From: Eledone cirrhosa
Taxonomy: Eukaryota
Direction of reading: 5' to 3'
Assembly: GCA_964016885.1 (NCBI GenBank)
Contig: OZ024744.1
Span: 36,146,001-36,210,000 of the forward strand
Length of the DNA stretch: 64,000 nucleotides
A model generated the notes under the pieces. The model made no database searches. It saw only the letters and a list, made by a program, of their open reading frames with translations, and was not told where the DNA came from. Positions within the stretch are counted from its first letter, which is position 1. The number at the start of each line of letters is the position of its first letter. A program made the translations under genes and the position numbers. Shown in pieces: positions 1 through 13,823 of the stretch.

Positions 1-412
<412 letters not shown>

Positions 413-699
413 TAAAATAACAGATTAAAGTTTAAGCAAAGCATCGTTGCTTTCACCCTTAGCGGGATCTTCTGAAACTAAAAACATCAATCTGTGAACG
501 CAGAAGTAATTATTTCGAAAAACGTTGCAACCGAAGGAAAACAGGAAGACGATACTTTGGTTCGTGAAGACGTTCCCTGGCAATGAACGGAAAATAGCGA
601 ACATAATACTTCATCAATGTTTGTCATAATGTCGTAATGCAGACAGCCAGGCATACAGACATATATTATAAGGGTGGGACGGAGATGGATAACCGGCGC

Positions 700-891
700 C
701 TAACACCCCTTTAACAACAGAGAATTGAAAAATAAAAGCTGCAGTTAATATCTTTAGACCGCAAGGAATATATAAATGCAGGTTTGAAGTCAATCGGAGT
801 AGAAATGTGGATTTGTATAGACTTTGCAAAAATGAGGACACACACAGACACACAGACAACAACAGTTTTATATATATATATATATATAGAT
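700..891 (+). mobile_element. second DINE/HINE-like 3' end
   Basis: AATCGG...(CACAGA)n...CAGTTTTATATATA...TAGAT, the same terminal layout as 1-412. Start approximate. Confidence 0.4.
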
Positions 892-1146
892 GTCTGAAAT
901 AAACGGCAAGAAGGTTACGGCTGGAACATTTTTGATAAGTCTGCTCAATAAAAATTGACGTGGAACTAAACAACAACAACAACAACAACAACACACACAG
1001 CATCATCATTAACAATGACAAAAAGCTGATACGCTAGAAATATTTCTAAGTATGAAATGGATGTAGATTCAAAAATAATGTTTGGGTAGTATTGTGCAAA
1101 TAGTAGTACATAGTGAATGAGAAAGAGAAAGAGAGAGAGAGAGAGG

Positions 1147-1187
<41 letters not shown>

Positions 1188-2284
1188 CGGGGGGGGGGGT
1201 GTTTAGAAATGGTATAAGAGAAAACGGGAAACATAGAAAATGAGAGCGAGAAAGTGTGTGTTAGTGTTTGTGAGGGAGAATTATTTAAAGTGCTTTTGAA
1301 GTACGGCCATATTGCTTTGGGGAACAACGCTATTTCCCGTTTTATTTATTAATGTATTGATTTTATCTATATATTGCTTGGTGTGTATTCTATGATTATA
1401 TTTATATATTTATTTCCATCCGAAGATAAAAAGCTCATAGTCGACATGTTATGACCGCCATATTAAGTTTACTCCATTGTGTGATTAACGATTAAAATAT
1501 ACTAGAGTAGGTAAAGTATAGATGTGATGATATAACTTATGTCTGCATTTTTGTTCTGCAGTACATTACTGACTGACGTTAAGGAATGGGTCTCTCCGTC
1601 CCAGGAAGGATTGAAACTCATTACTGTGAGATAATGAAACACTACACAGTAACTTCACTATTAAATCTATCGGACAACGAATGAGATACGGTTTATGTCA
1701 GTTATGTAGTCCAAAGTTGTGTGAAAAAACAGTAAGTGAACAACAATACTACAGGCTCCAAGTAAATACTTGATTTGGTCAGAGTTACAAAACCAAAAGA
1801 GAAAGAAATCAGGGTTCAACGTCGGAGGCAAAAACCAATGGTTAAGGCATCTATACATATCCAAAAGGTGAAGAAGAGGTACAAAGTTGGACGATGGGAT
1901 GAGTTAACCCTATTTACCCATAAAGATACTAGTGTCTATTTCCATTCTCGCTTCATTCAACTTTCTTTCGCCGTTATTCTTGACTAATATTTATTTTTTC
2001 TCTTTCCTTCACTCTCACTGATTCCAATCTGTTTATTGAGCACTATAAGAAAACGTTTCATCTTCTTTTGACAAGTTAACCTGCTCGAAACGACGTTAGA
2101 TTTCTACTCCTCTCGGCAATCTATTCCCCTTTCTGAACCGTTTATATTTACTGTTTGATCATGTAGATCATCACTACATTAGTTTGAATTATACAGCTTC
2201 TTTTCAAATTTCTTATTCTATTTCAGTTTCTGATTAGTACTATTTCACTGTGAATGTCACTATAAAGTGGCAAAGCTGTTATGC

Positions 2285-2545
2285 ATATGATCGTAATCTC
2301 ATGTTCGTTTCCCGATCCGGGTTGCACTCTGCGCTCTTAAGGAAAAGCCATTAATTTCACAGTGCTTCAGTCCACGTAACTGAAAATGAGTATCAGCAGA
2401 CTCAGTGAATTAACAATTCGATAGGTTTGAGTTCTGCCTACAGAGACGCCTTGTGCTTTTTAGCTCTCTATCACATAATTCTATTGAAATCGGAATAAGC
2501 TCTGGCCTGATGAGGCTCCAGTCTTTGGATGGACTAACATTTTCT
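2285..2545 (+). mobile_element. degenerate tRNA-derived SINE
   Basis: B-box-like GTTCGTTTCCC followed by a SINE-body-like TTTCACAGTGCTTCAGTCCACGTAACTGAAAATGAGTA. Confidence 0.35.
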
Positions 2546-3429
2546 AAACTAGCCGTTTCACTATACAACTGCATTGACTTCTTTCAGAAAAGTCATTTAT
2601 ATTATTTTCAACGGTAACAAAGTCCAAGAAACACGAGGTTGCTAAACAAGAACTAATTATGCGATGATAAAATCGAACATAAAAAATGTGAAATTTGACA
2701 CTACAGACTGGAAGCTTACGTGTTTCACTGTTCCAACTCATCTCTTCCCTCATAGTTTCATCCTTCTGGCACTGAACGAACTAGTCAATCCGACATTCAG
2801 CCGACCTCAACCCGCTTAAAAAAAGAATATCAGTAATCTAATGATGCTGGAAATTCTTTCTTTTATATTACACTTTCTTCTCTTGTCTCAAAAGTTGGAT
2901 GGCCTCTCGCCTAGTTAAAAGGAAGAAATAAAATATCGAAGGGTAAAAAAACTGAAAACACACACTCACATAAACAAAAAGCAAAAAAAAAAAAATAATA
3001 TCTACAGCAAAAAAAAAAAAAATCTAATAAACAAGCAAACGAAAAATCATTATTTCCGATATTATTTTTACCTGAAGAGAGAAAATTGATTTATTGGAGT
3101 TGTTTTCGTAGTAACGCAAGATATAATACAGTCAACCTATAGACGAAATTAGCCAACCACAACCAAGTGAATGAGAGTACATATATAGATAGAGTTGAAT
3201 AGTATCGATAGACATATTAAAGCCTTAGGCAACTAAACTTATTGCTTACTTTCTATTTCAAGAAACAGTGAATACTCTCTTTTTTTGGATAAAAATATAA
3301 CAAGATGAAACAAAAATAGATAAATAAATAATACACGAAGAAATTGTTAATAAATAAATTAACAGACAGAAAAAAATAATTCTTCAAATATTAGATTTTT
3401 CCCCGGTGATCATTATAATTGGGAATTCG

Positions 3430-3590
3430 AAAAAAGCGTTAGAGCGTAGAAGAAAAATGCCTTGCGGTATTTAGTTATGGTTCTTAACAGTCTCAATTCA
3501 AATCCCGTCGAGTTAGTCTTTAACTTTCAGCTTTTTCTAGGTTGATAACCTACACTACCAATTCAGTACTGAGGCTTATTTAAACTATCT
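3430..3590 (+). mobile_element. degenerate Nin-domain-like SINE
   Basis: TTCAAATCCCGTCGAG..CTTTAACTTTCAGC..GTTGATAA aligns by eye to the copy at 4541-4730. Confidence 0.5.
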
Positions 3591-4337
3591 ATTCTTCCCA
3601 AACGAATCATGTGGTATTGTGACAGTACAAGAAATGTATATATCTCTCCTACTGAAAATGGTACAACATCTTATAAAACATGGCGAAAAATTGGTAGAAT
3701 TTTTAGTGTCGGATAACATACCATGTGATATTTTTCTCAGCATTTTCATGTCAATTTTATTTGTATTTTCAAAAGCAGTTTTAAAGCTCATTGTATAGCC
3801 AGATGCATGAAGATACATGATCAACTAGTGAGAAGTTTGTAAGCTGGGGATTGTTGACGTTGAGATAGATTGGCGTCCCGTCAATGGAGGAATTTTTGTA
3901 CTATTAGTCTCTCAATGCCAATGTGATTGGGATATTTTCTTGCTTGATGCATTTCTTGCGTTGAGACAGACTTTAACCGTAATATTTTTAATATATTTCG
4001 GAAATGGATTTGTCAGACAGGCAACTGACTTGATTTGAAACAATATATAAAAACTAAAGCAATGATATCGTAGAAGAGCCAATTTGTCTATTCATAAAAA
4101 CTGCTAACTTCACTTTACAAATATGAATTATATCTTGATGGCAAAAGTTTCATCGTATTGTTTGCAAACTGGTCACTGAAGTTGTAATTGAACTTTATCA
4201 GAGACCAGGTCACAAAAAGTGTGACAAACAATTTAGCAACAAGAAATACATGATAGATATGAAATAAAGTTAACAATTTTCTTTTGTGTTTTTGAATAAC
4301 TAAAGTGATTTTTCCACTATCTATTTGCATTTTTAGT

Positions 4338-4448
4338 ATGATCACATGTCATCCAAAATGGAATGAAGTGGGAGCTGCTTAATTCACAGACCATACTCAA
4401 AATTGGCATGACATTTTCAGAAAGGTTTTCCGTCGAAAGGTAATTAAT
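4338..4448 (+). pseudogene. Helitron Rep-region relic
   Basis: Translates MITCHPKWNEVGAA*FTDHTQNWHDIFRKVFRRKV, resembling the Helitron motif TCNPxWxEI...DRxDIVARVFxxK. One in-frame stop. Confidence 0.55.
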
Positions 4449-4540
4449 GTAAAAGACAAGTATTTTTACCGTTTTACTTTACGGGTTTCATTTTCAGCAC
4501 GGCCTGAGATATTATCATTGTTAGCTGTTGATGGATTCAC

Positions 4541-4730
4541 AGAATCGTGGCAGTATCGGTAGAGGGTCGGACGCCATGGTTTGCAGCATAGAGTTACGCT
4601 CTTTACGGTCTGATTTCAAATCCCAGCGAGGTTAACTTTGTCTTTCATCCTTACGGGGTCGATAAAATAAAGTACCAGTAATGCACTGAGATAATTGCTG
4701 GCCTTGTGCCAAAAGTAGAAGCAATTATTT
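4541..4730 (+). mobile_element. tRNA-derived SINE with Nin-like central domain
   Basis: TTCAAATCCC B-box plus CTTTCATCCTTACGGGGTCGATAAAATAAAGTACCAGT core. Near-identical reverse copies at 18188-18280 and 29640-29792. Confidence 0.75.
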
Positions 4731-5240
4731 TGCGCTATTTTTTCGAAATTTTACCTTCGGATTTTGCATTTCATCCTTCAAGGAGTGAATGAAATAAAAT
4801 ACCAGCCAAATCAAGGTCAGTTTAATCAATCTTGCACCACTCTACCACCACCACAGCCAGCACCACACACACTGATAACAACAACAAAAACAACAACAAC
4901 ACACATACATTGTACATAAATTAGAAACTATTGGTAGCTTATTGAGAATTACAACATTTTCAAATCCCTACCTAAATATTTAGCAACGTAACTAGGAGGT
5001 GCATTGATAATTATAACGACACGCTGTTATAAGGGTTTGTTAGTTTTACGAGGGTAGGCTGACTATGAAGGAATTATGCTAGAGCTGTGAAATCTTGCAT
5101 GCATTAATTTCAACTCTTCTTATTAATAACTGCATTTTTTTTCTTTTCAAGGACTATGTTAAAAAATAAAACTCATTTGGCTCATTCCGTGAGAGTATCT
5201 TGGTTAACCTATTGATTTTTCAGCTGACCATTGCGCGTGT

Positions 5241-5300
5241 ATACTCTTTTACTCTTTTACCTGATCCAGCCATCCGGCTGAGGCCATGCTGGGGCACCGA
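5241..5300 (-). mobile_element. CR1-family 3' tail stub
   Basis: Reverse complement matches the 3' end at 19545-19607, including the (TAAAAGAG)n tail. Confidence 0.7.
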
Positions 5301-6029
5301 TCTTATATATATACACATAGCCGACCCTAGTACATATAGCCGACCCTAGTACATTTTCTCTATCTGTTTGGTCCATTTCTTTGGCTGTCTGTTGTCTCCC
5401 CCCATTCTCTAAGAATGCTATACAAATGTGTGTTTGCTTTGATACCTTGTTCAGAAATGTTCGAGTAATCCCGGACTTTTTGTTTCCAGTAGGAGTATTT
5501 GTTGTTGAAATTGTTGTTGTTGTTACTATTGTTATCGTGGTTGATTGACGTTGTAATTGTTGCTGTGGTTGCTGTCGATGTTGTAGTTATTCTAGTTGTT
5601 CAACTACAATCAAGCAGAATTTTATGAAAAAGGCAATCCAGTCGTGACAATCTCACCATTGTAGACACATGTAGAATTGCATTCCAGCTTGTCAAGCGTC
5701 TATTAGTTATAAACGTGTATTGCAGATAAATCTGCAATAAATTTAACGTAGGCATTTGAAAATATATGCAAATATGAAGGCATCTTCTTATTTTCCTGAT
5801 AGCCAGAAAAATATAAGGATTGCTATGACATTTTTCCTAGCTTGTTGGCTGTTGACCAGAAGACATATATTCTTATCTTTCCATGCGAAAAGAGAAATTA
5901 TAAAACATCTTTATTTATATTAAATACAAACCAGAATATAATTGAAATGGCCAGGCTAATTTGCAAAATGGTCATATGTTGGTAGTGGAAGCTTGCGTAG
6001 TGCCCTCTATGTGTGAATGGAGTTCCACT

Positions 6030-6804
6030 GAAGCAGGTAGAAAAGTTCAAGTATCACGGGGCTGTGTTCACGAGTGATAGAAGGCAGGAGACTGAATTAA
6101 ATGCAAGAATTGCAAAAGCTGGTGGAGTAATGCCCCAGTTTCAGCAATCAGATGAAGGGAGGTAGGCGTAAAAGCCAAAGTCGCTATCCTCAGTTCGGTA
6201 TTCGTGCCAACCCTTACCTATGGTCATGAATCTTGGGTAATGACTGAAAGAATACGATTGTGAATACAAGCGGCCGAAATGGGATTTTTCCGAAGGGTCT
6301 CTGGAGTAATGTTACTCGATAGAGTGCGTAGCTCGGAGATCAGAGAGTCACTCCAGGTAGGGCAGCTACTTCCGAGATCGTAGCTCCGATACTATGGGCA
6401 TGAGGTTAGAATGTCTCAGGAAAGAATCGCTGGACAGATTTTACGGGTAAAAACCAACTAGCAGGAAACCCAGGGATAGAAAGAGCCTGAGAAAGATGGT
6501 TGGATAACACATCGATGAGATTAACTGGTCACTATTGTTGCTTATGACAGAACCTGTTGGAGGGAGTATTTGAGGACTCTTTCCTCAGGAATAAGCGGGT
6601 GAAGACGAAGAAGAAGAAGAAGAAGAAGAAGAAGAAGAAGAAGAAGAAGAAGAAGAAGAAGAAGAAGAAGAAGAAGAAGAAGAAGAAGAAGAAGAAGAAA
6701 AAGAAGAAGAAGAAAAAGAAGAAGAAGAAGAAGAAGAAGAAGAAGAAGAAGAAGAAGAAGAAGAAGAAGAAGAAGAAGAAGAAGAAGAAGAAGAAGAAGA
6801 AGAA
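6030..6804 (+). mobile_element. 5'-truncated, decayed RTE-clade LINE with (GAA)n tail (6601-6804)
   Basis: Translates QVEKFKY..FTSD..ELNARIAKAG..FVPTLTYGHESWVMTER..AAEMGFFRRVSG..RVRSSEIRESL, with stops and frameshifts. Confidence 0.85.
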
Positions 6805-7369
6805 GGGCGTATGTCGCAGATGTGATTAAATAAAGAATAATAAATATATATGCATATCACAATGCATACTCTTAAACCTTAGCATTGTATGTTATTTTGG
6901 TAATATCATAATGCCTCATAAAATACATTTCGCTAGGATGTTGATTATATGTATTTAGGTATTTGAGAGAAACATGGTAAAATGATTTTTCCAAGAAAAA
7001 GAGATGTTTGACATGTATTTAAATATATACTTACATCAATTTTTTTTTTTTTAAGAAACATAGACAAATCATATTAAGAAAACGTCTAGGATTGCGAATG
7101 CATAACATCCGAAATATAACACGGTGCATCGGCCGATCATTTAATAAAGGCTATATGCCAATATTGGCTTCATTCTCAAGATATGTGTGTCGAGAGAGAT
7201 AAAAACATTAAACTCAACGTTATTGAGATAATAAATACATAAACAACTACTTTCACCTTTTTTTTCCATTTTCCATTTCTTAGTTTCACCCCAATCATCT
7301 TATTTCTTTTTCTCTAATACATGTCAAAATAGACAGATGGGCACGTCAATACATATAGAATTCATATTT

Positions 7370-7388
7370 ACACAAAGACACACACAAA

Positions 7389-7435
<47 letters not shown>

Positions 7436-7450
7436 ACACACACACACACA

Positions 7451-7481
<31 letters not shown>

Positions 7482-7640
7482 GTATATGTATATATATATA
7501 CATATATTTATATATATATATATGTACACACACACACGTAATATATTATAAGTATATATATATACATATATACATAAACAGACACACACACACTCACACA
7601 AACACACACAAACACACACAAACACACATATATATAGATT
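7370..7640. repeat. compound (CA)n/(TA)n microsatellite
   Basis: Directly visible. Confidence 0.95.
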
Positions 7641-7969
7641 GATACCATACACGTATATAAAATAAATAAATCAATATGAAAAACAAAGCAACTGCAGAAA
7701 AAAAAAATGTTATTTTATAAAACAAAAGAAAATGGAAATCAATTATCTTTCACAGCACGAAAGAATAATACCTCTTGTTCGCTTGAGGTGATGTGGTGAA
7801 TATAATGAAGCTGGTCTCAGTTTGGCAGCAAATTAAGGCATTCCTCGGGTGCCGTACAAGTCTAAAGAGACTATATTTGCCAAGCGGTAATTATAGCCAG
7901 TTTAAAAATAATTTAAATCTGACATATTTGGACGGCAAGCTTCTATAAAACATTGCGGATGCAAGAGTT

Positions 7970-9176
<1,207 letters not shown>

Positions 9177-9756
9177 TAACAAGCACACTCACTCAAACAT
9201 ATTCTCACGTTTGTGATAGTTTCGTTTTCCCAATATTAGATGCCCCAGTACTACGACGCTAAACACCATCTATGTTTTCCTGTGACCTGTCTTCCTCGTT
9301 TTGTATACGTATTTCTAAATTTCTAATTAGGAAAGAAAAGAAACACACTGCTCTCGTTTCTCTTTTTAGGTACCTTACCCCATAAGGAGCGGTTTAAAAT
9401 TATATCTTTCTTTCACGAATATAACAAAATAGGAGTGTGTTTTGGTTTAACAAAGGATAAATTTTAATGAGGAACTCAATAGAAGTTGTTCTTTATATAT
9501 GAATATAAACATACATACAGACACAAACACATGTAAACACACAGAAACATACAAATACACACTGCTACACACACACCCACACACATATATATATACAGTT
9601 CATGAAAGCTGGTTGATAAAAAATCTGCCGACATTTTCTTAAACAGATGTGAAGCGCTCCACGGTTTGTGTTCCTTAGGATTTTCTCCGTATGGTAACGT
9701 CTGGAGTTTTAGTATAATAAATGAGAGAGGCGGTTTTATTCGTTTTAATATCTAGG

Positions 9757-9824
9757 TCGTTATACGTATTTCGAAGATATAAGGTAGTTATATAATAACC
9801 ACCTTACAGATTCTCTTCAGACGA
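9757..9824 (-). ncRNA. type I hammerhead ribozyme motif
   Basis: UCGU-CUGAAGA-[long stem II]-GAAA-UACGUA-UA-ACGA. Stem I UCGU/ACGA pairs, and stem III is palindromic. Confidence 0.8.
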
Positions 9825-10261
9825 AACGAGATGTATTTTTCCATTGATATGCTACCAGTCCGACCTGTTATTAACCTCGCCGACCAGTACTCATATGGCT
9901 AGATTCCTCTTGTAGCAATTCTATTAGGAATGGGAGATGATATTGTTGCTGGCATTGGTGGTTGTTAAATGGCTGGTGTATTACCAGAGTTTCATTCTTA
10001 GAATGGCTTGGAAATACTGTTCTAAATATATTTCCAGACTAGATTCTACTTACTTAGATTTCGTGATGTTATAATTTATCTATATATTTATGAATCGTTT
10101 ATTAATTAGTTGATGGTCTATTTTATATCATTTACGGAAGTTTTAACTGTATACTCTGTGGAATGTCGTATATATTTTAGGTAAAGAAGTATTAAATATG
10201 TCAGAGCGTTTATTAGTAATATGTCGGACTAGTAGCATATCAATTGAAAATTACATCTCGA

Positions 10262-10331
10262 TTCGTCTGAAGAGAACGTGTAAGGGGGTTATTATATAAC
10301 TACCTTACATCTTCGAAATACGTATAATGAA
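10262..10331 (+). ncRNA. type I hammerhead ribozyme motif
   Basis: UUCGU-CUGAAGA-GAACGUGUAAGGGGGUUA/UAACUACCUUACAUCUUC-GAAA-UACGUA-UA-AUGAA. Confidence 0.8.
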
Positions 10332-10363
10332 CTAGATAATAAAATGGAGATGTACGAATATAT

Positions 10364-10648
10364 ATATAAAGAAAAAAAGATGAAATCGAAAATGCAACTG
10401 GAGTCTTTTTTTTTTCAAATATATATATTTATTTGGTTCCTTTACCGGTTTCGCAGTTCTTCTGCTTTTCAAAAGTAGAGTTGAGATGGAGGGTCTGTAG
10501 TTTGAGAAAAACCACATCCCTCCATCTCAACTCTACTTTTGAAAAGCAGAAGAACTGCGAAACCGGTAAAGGAACCAAATAAATATATATATTTAAAAAA
10601 AAAATAAGACTCCAGTTGCATTTTCGATTTCATCTTTTTTTCTTTATA
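10364..10648. repeat. near-perfect ~130 bp-arm palindrome (24 nt spacer), each arm with a degenerate hammerhead
   Basis: 10364-10493 is the reverse complement of 10518-10648. Motif CUU-UUGAAAA-GCAG/CUGC-GAAA-CCGG-UA-AAG at 10536-10571 (+) and 10440-10475 (-). Confidence 0.9.
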
Positions 10649-10675
10649 CTTTCTAATAATAATAATAATAATAAT

Positions 10676-10740
<65 letters not shown>

Positions 10741-10826
10741 AATTGAACGGGAACAAAACAGAGAGGCAGTACGAACAAAGGTTTATTAGTTTCACGCTCA
10801 TGAGAGTGGTGGGGTGGTGGTGGGGA

Positions 10827-10858
10827 ACGACGTTTCGGGCATAAGCCCTTCTTCAGGC
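10827..10858 (-). ncRNA. minimal hammerhead motif of a PLE pseudo-LTR
   Basis: CUGAAGA-A-GGGC(UUAU)GCCC-GAAA-CG-UC. Stem I is weak. Confidence 0.75.
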
Positions 10859-12171
10859 GAAAAGTGTGTGGGAAGAGAGTTCCGAGGGAGTGTAGGGGAG
10901 TGGGGGTGAGATATTTAGAAAAAAGGGGGTGAGAGGAAACGGTACAAATGAAAATAAATATAAAAGCATAATAAAAATAAAAATAAACATGAAGTTAAAC
11001 AAGTGGTGGAAGGGTGTGGGCCGTATAGGGGTGGTGGCGGGTGGAGTGGGGAGAGGGAGGCGGGGTGTCCGAGCGGGGAGGGCTGAAGGTGGTGTGTGTG
11101 TAGGTGTACGTGTGTGTGTGTGTGTGTATGTGAGATTTGGGGGAAGAACGGGGTTGCATGTTGAGAAAAAGGTGTGTGTGGGGGTGGGGTGTAGGTCGGT
11201 GTGTGTGTGCGAGTGTAGATGGGGAAGGGTCAGAGGGGTGGGGGAGGGGGGAGAGGATTCCGGAGTCTGAGTGTGTAAATATGTGGTGGTACGCACGTGT
11301 GTGTGGTGTTTATAAGTAGTGTGGATGTAGGTGGCGTGTGGGAACAAAATATTTTGTGAGTGTATGTCCGTGGGTAAGTCCCTAAGGTAGTTCCGTAGAG
11401 GATGTCGTGGGATGCCGGATAATTTCCTTGTGATGGAGTTGATTCGTGGGAGCGATGTCCAATGTGTGTAATCCGTGGTTGGGTTGGTCGGAATAGGGGA
11501 GATGTGGGGTGCGCGCGCAACAGGAAGTGGTCAGATGGTCAAGGCAGGAGGAGGGTTGTGTGTCTGTGTGTGCGGAGAGGTGGTCAGAGATTCAGGACAT
11601 AGCAACAGTAGGGGAGAATGACAGGTGGAGAAAGTCGGTGTGTCAGTGTGTGCGGAGGTGCGGTGGAGAGGGGAGAGGATGGGTAGGTGTGAAAGGTGGA
11701 GTGAGGAGGTGGGTGTATTAGTAGAAGTGTTAGTGGGATGTGTGTGTGTGTGAGAAGGGGTGTGGGTGGAACGGGGAGAGGAAGGGGGAGAGAAGGGTGT
11801 GGGGGCCATTGGAGGGAGTCTAGTGTACTGGTGTGTGTGTGCGTGTTTGGATGAGTGTGTGTGTGGTGAAGGGGGTGTTAGTGGGTGTTAGTATATTGGT
11901 GGTGGGGAAAGGGTTGAATGCGGGTGTTAGTGGGGGTCAGTGGTGGTAGGGTGTGTGGTTAGTGTGAGTGCGTGCATATATGTACCGGTGGGTGTGTGCG
12001 TGATAAGGGGGGTGGGAGAAAAAAGGATGTTAGTATTGTTAGTTGGGGAAGGGTGGTCGGGGGTGGGGTGGGGGTGTTAGTATTGTTAGTTGTGGGGTGG
12101 GCGGTGAAAAGGAGGAGTGTGTTAGTGGTGTTAGTGGGGGATATGTGTGTGTGTGTGGGGAGGGTCGAAGG

Positions 12172-12840
12172 CTAAAGGAATAGGGGTGGTGAGTTCAGGC
12201 CGGAGAGAGTGTGGGTCTCTAGGGTGAAGATGGTGCATTGTTCGACCCTGAGGAGGGTGGCGGGTGTTCCGTGGCATTGGAGTAGGCCACAGCCTGTGAG
12301 GTGGTGCGCGGAATGTCCAGGGGAACCAAAGTGGCGGGCGATGGGGGAACTACCACCGAGACGAATATCTCGGAGGTGTTCAGTAAACCGGTCCGCTAGG
12401 CGACGTCCAGTCTGTCCGACGTAGGTTGCGCTGCACTCCGTGCAGCGAAGTCCGTAGACTAGGTTGGAGGAGGTGCAGCGGAAGGCATGCCGGACAGAGA
12501 GAGAGTGGCCGTTGGGACCCTGGAAGGTGGTGGTGTTCGTGATGTGGGAACAGGTGTTGCAGCGAGGCCTGGAACAGGGAAGGGAACCGGGGTGGGAGTG
12601 GGTTGGGGGAGAGGAGCTGCGGACGAGGAGGATGCGGAGATTGCGTGCGCGTTTGAAGGAGGGGAGTGGTGGGGCTCGGAAGATGTGGGAGGTGGAGGGG
12701 TCGGACTGAAGGCGTCGGAAGAGGCGGAGTACGGTGCAGTGGAGGGGTAGGGTGGAGGGGTGGTAGGTGATGGGGAAGGGGAGACGGTGGGTGGGTGTGC
12801 GTTGGCGTGGGGTGAGGGTGGTGGAGCGGTGGGACAGCAC
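12172..12840 (-). pseudogene. Penelope GIY-YIG endonuclease C-terminal fragment
   Basis: FKRARNLR..CSRPRCNTCSHI..CTSSNLVYGLRCTECSATYVGQTGRRLADRFTEH..HF..GH..GLN. Confidence 0.9.
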
Positions 12841-12999
12841 AGGCGCGAGTGAGATCGGTGTGGACGAGAGGGGGGGGGGTAACTCTGCAGATGAAATGGC
12901 TGACTAGGGAAAGGGCCTGGGACTCAAAGTCAGCATCTCGGCTACAGAGGCGGCGGAAATTGAGGAGTTGGGAGTAGGGAATATATATATATATGTCTG

Positions 13000-13420
13000 A
13001 TGGTAGCTAAGATGCTTCCATAGGCGGTATGCCAGATGAGCACTCTATGCTCTTACAGAGCAGAGTATGATAGAATAGAAAACGAAAAGTCAGTGATGCA
13101 TCTGAACTCAATTTATTGTGTGTTACAATTGTTTCGCCGGCGGACAGCTCGAGACGCGATCATTGTGTGGATCTGTCTGATTCTGGACCCGCAGGTTCGA
13201 CGGACACGTCTAATGATTTGGGAGCATATTCTCTCACTGGGGTATCTGACCCTCTGGGCCAGTACCGTCAAAAACTTCATCCTCTTCGCGTGTCCTGTGA
13301 TTGGCCGCTGGTTGTCGACGTCATCATAATTCTAACCACAGGTACCAGTCCGCTGAACATCAGGCCGTTGTCTCTCCCAGGCCTGCTACACTTCAATACA
13401 TTACTGCTGTGTTCGGTAGT
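13000..13420 (-). mobile_element. probable solitary PLE pseudo-LTR with degenerate long-loop hammerhead (13121-13330)
   Basis: Minus strand (A)UGAUGA-C-GUCGAC...GCCGGC-GAAA-CAAUUG-UA, then AATAAA. Confidence 0.4.
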
Positions 13421-13823
13421 TTACACATGCACACACGTATATACACCCGTATACACAAACACGTACAGACATATACATATACCCCCTCCACCCACGCACA
13501 CACATATACACGTACCCATATACAAATATGCACACACAGATACACACTCGCTCGCAAACACACATATATACACACAAACAAGCCCTTTCCCTACACGGGT
13601 GCTTGTACACACACACATCGCTTCATATACACTCTTACAAATATGCGCACATTTATATACACACCCACGCACGCATACAAAAAAATATCTATATACATAA
13701 AAAGAATATACACACACAGAGTCATATAAAGATACACAATGGGTCATACATGAGAGGATGCATCTTGTTATTAAATATATACATATATTTAAAAAAAATA
13801 CATACATACATATATATATATAT

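Larger units (their letters stand above)
9745..10343. mobile_element. non-coding Penelope-like unit with inverted pseudo-LTR arms (9745-9875 / 10211-10343)
   Basis: The arms are imperfect reverse complements, and each carries a hammerhead motif. Confidence 0.7.
10740..12980 (-). mobile_element. 5'-truncated Penelope-like element (Neptune-like) with long C/A-rich 3' region
   Basis: GIY-YIG ORF 12172-12840, 3' hammerhead at 10827-10858 and AATAAA near 10785. Confidence 0.85.

Noticed and set aside
1562-1625. Possible small host exon (CTGCAG|...|GTGAG)
   Set aside because: The peptide is unrecognised and there are no supporting partner exons.
2505-2540. CTGATGA possible hammerhead
   Set aside because: There is no downstream GAAA or stem III, and it looks like a SINE tail.
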